Positions 63,610 through 64,000 of a stretch of DNA of 64,000 bases are shown piece by piece. Numbering within the stretch: the first letter of the stretch is position 1; each line of letters starts with the position of its first letter. This DNA comes from a virus. The stretch covers positions 43,026 to 107,025 of IMG/VR virus record IMGVR_UViG_3300036945_000814, one strand, 5' to 3'. A model generated the notes under the pieces. The model saw only the letters and a list, made by a program, of their open reading frames with translations, ran no database searches and was not told where the DNA came from. Position numbers and translations under genes: made by a program.

Positions 63610-64000
63610 TGAACACCACCGACCGCACCGCCATCTTCGCCTCCGCCCTCCGCCACCTCGCGGCCAACTTCGGGACCGACCGGGCGTTGACCCTCACCAA
63701 CGACGAGGCAAAGGCGGTCTACGCGCTCCTCTTGGTGCAGCCGGGCGTCGTCGCCGCGTCGGAGGAGCAGGAGGCCGAGATCGAGCGCCAGCGTGTCGCG
63801 CACATCGCCGGCATCAAGGCCGTCACCGAGAAGTCCCTGCCCGCCGGCAGCACGTTCACGGTCACGGCCGAGGGGCAGCTCGACTACAAGAACACGCCGT
63901 GGATGCGCCCTGTCGTCGACGGCGCCGTCTGCACCGTCCGCCGTTACCGGATGCGCTCCAGCAACGGCTGGAAGACGCGCGAGCTGTCTTTCACCTTCAC
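63609..64000 (+). CDS. Hypothetical protein, 3'-truncated (MNTTDRTAIFASAL...)
   Basis: Open frame to the window end with typical codon usage; absent from the ORF track because it has no stop. Confidence 0.7.
   Translation, partial: MNTTDRTAIFASALRHLAANFGTDRALTLTNDEAKAVYALLLVQPGVVAASEEQEAEIERQRVAHIAGIKAVTEKSLPAGSTFTVTAEGQLDYKNTPWMRPVVDGAVCTVRRYRMRSSNGWKTRELSFTF

Noticed and set aside
1-64000. Prophage, tailocin or contractile injection system interpretation; tRNA, integrase, intron/intein
   Set aside because: Capsid, portal and replication genes indicate a true phage. No host genes, att/integrase, tRNA cloverleaf, intein or homing-nuclease motifs were recognised.

Overview
The window is about 64 kb of a high-GC (roughly 65-70% by eye) contractile-tailed phage genome, almost all coded on the + strand. 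The gene order resembles SPO1/Twort/A511-type (Herelleviridae-like) phages. From left to right: three large 'polyvalent' head-associated proteins (metallopeptidase+LPD1; SNF2 ATPase; His/Ala-rich), portal, a multi-domain MuF protein (MuF + pyrophosphatase-like + Zn ribbon + ParB-like + kinase-like), prohead protease, scaffold, major capsid, many virion accessory genes, neck, sheath, tube, chaperones, tape measure, baseplate, fibres and membrane/lysis genes. These are followed by a small divergently transcribed cassette and a replication block (UvsW-like helicase, DnaB-like helicase, primase). The most striking structure is a shared sequence code in the head module. A hydrophobic-x-K-[S/A] site matching the putative capsid/scaffold maturation site punctuates the cargo proteins at domain borders. 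A conserved G-H-K-Y-x-x-R...[Y/W]-x-Y-x-Y-A tag follows such sites in three unrelated proteins. Together these suggest a protease-processed, capsid-packaged polyprotein payload. Other highlights: a stand-alone MshEN (c-di-GMP-binding-type) gene coupled to a holin-like gene; a four-member sigma70-type promoter family, three of them apparently leaderless, with GATC-rich operator-like boxes; a terminator/antiterminator pair before the replication genes; and a candidate +1 frameshift in the tail chaperones. No terminase, endolysin, integrase, tRNA or CRISPR array was recognised. All product calls come from motif recognition by eye; no database searches were run.
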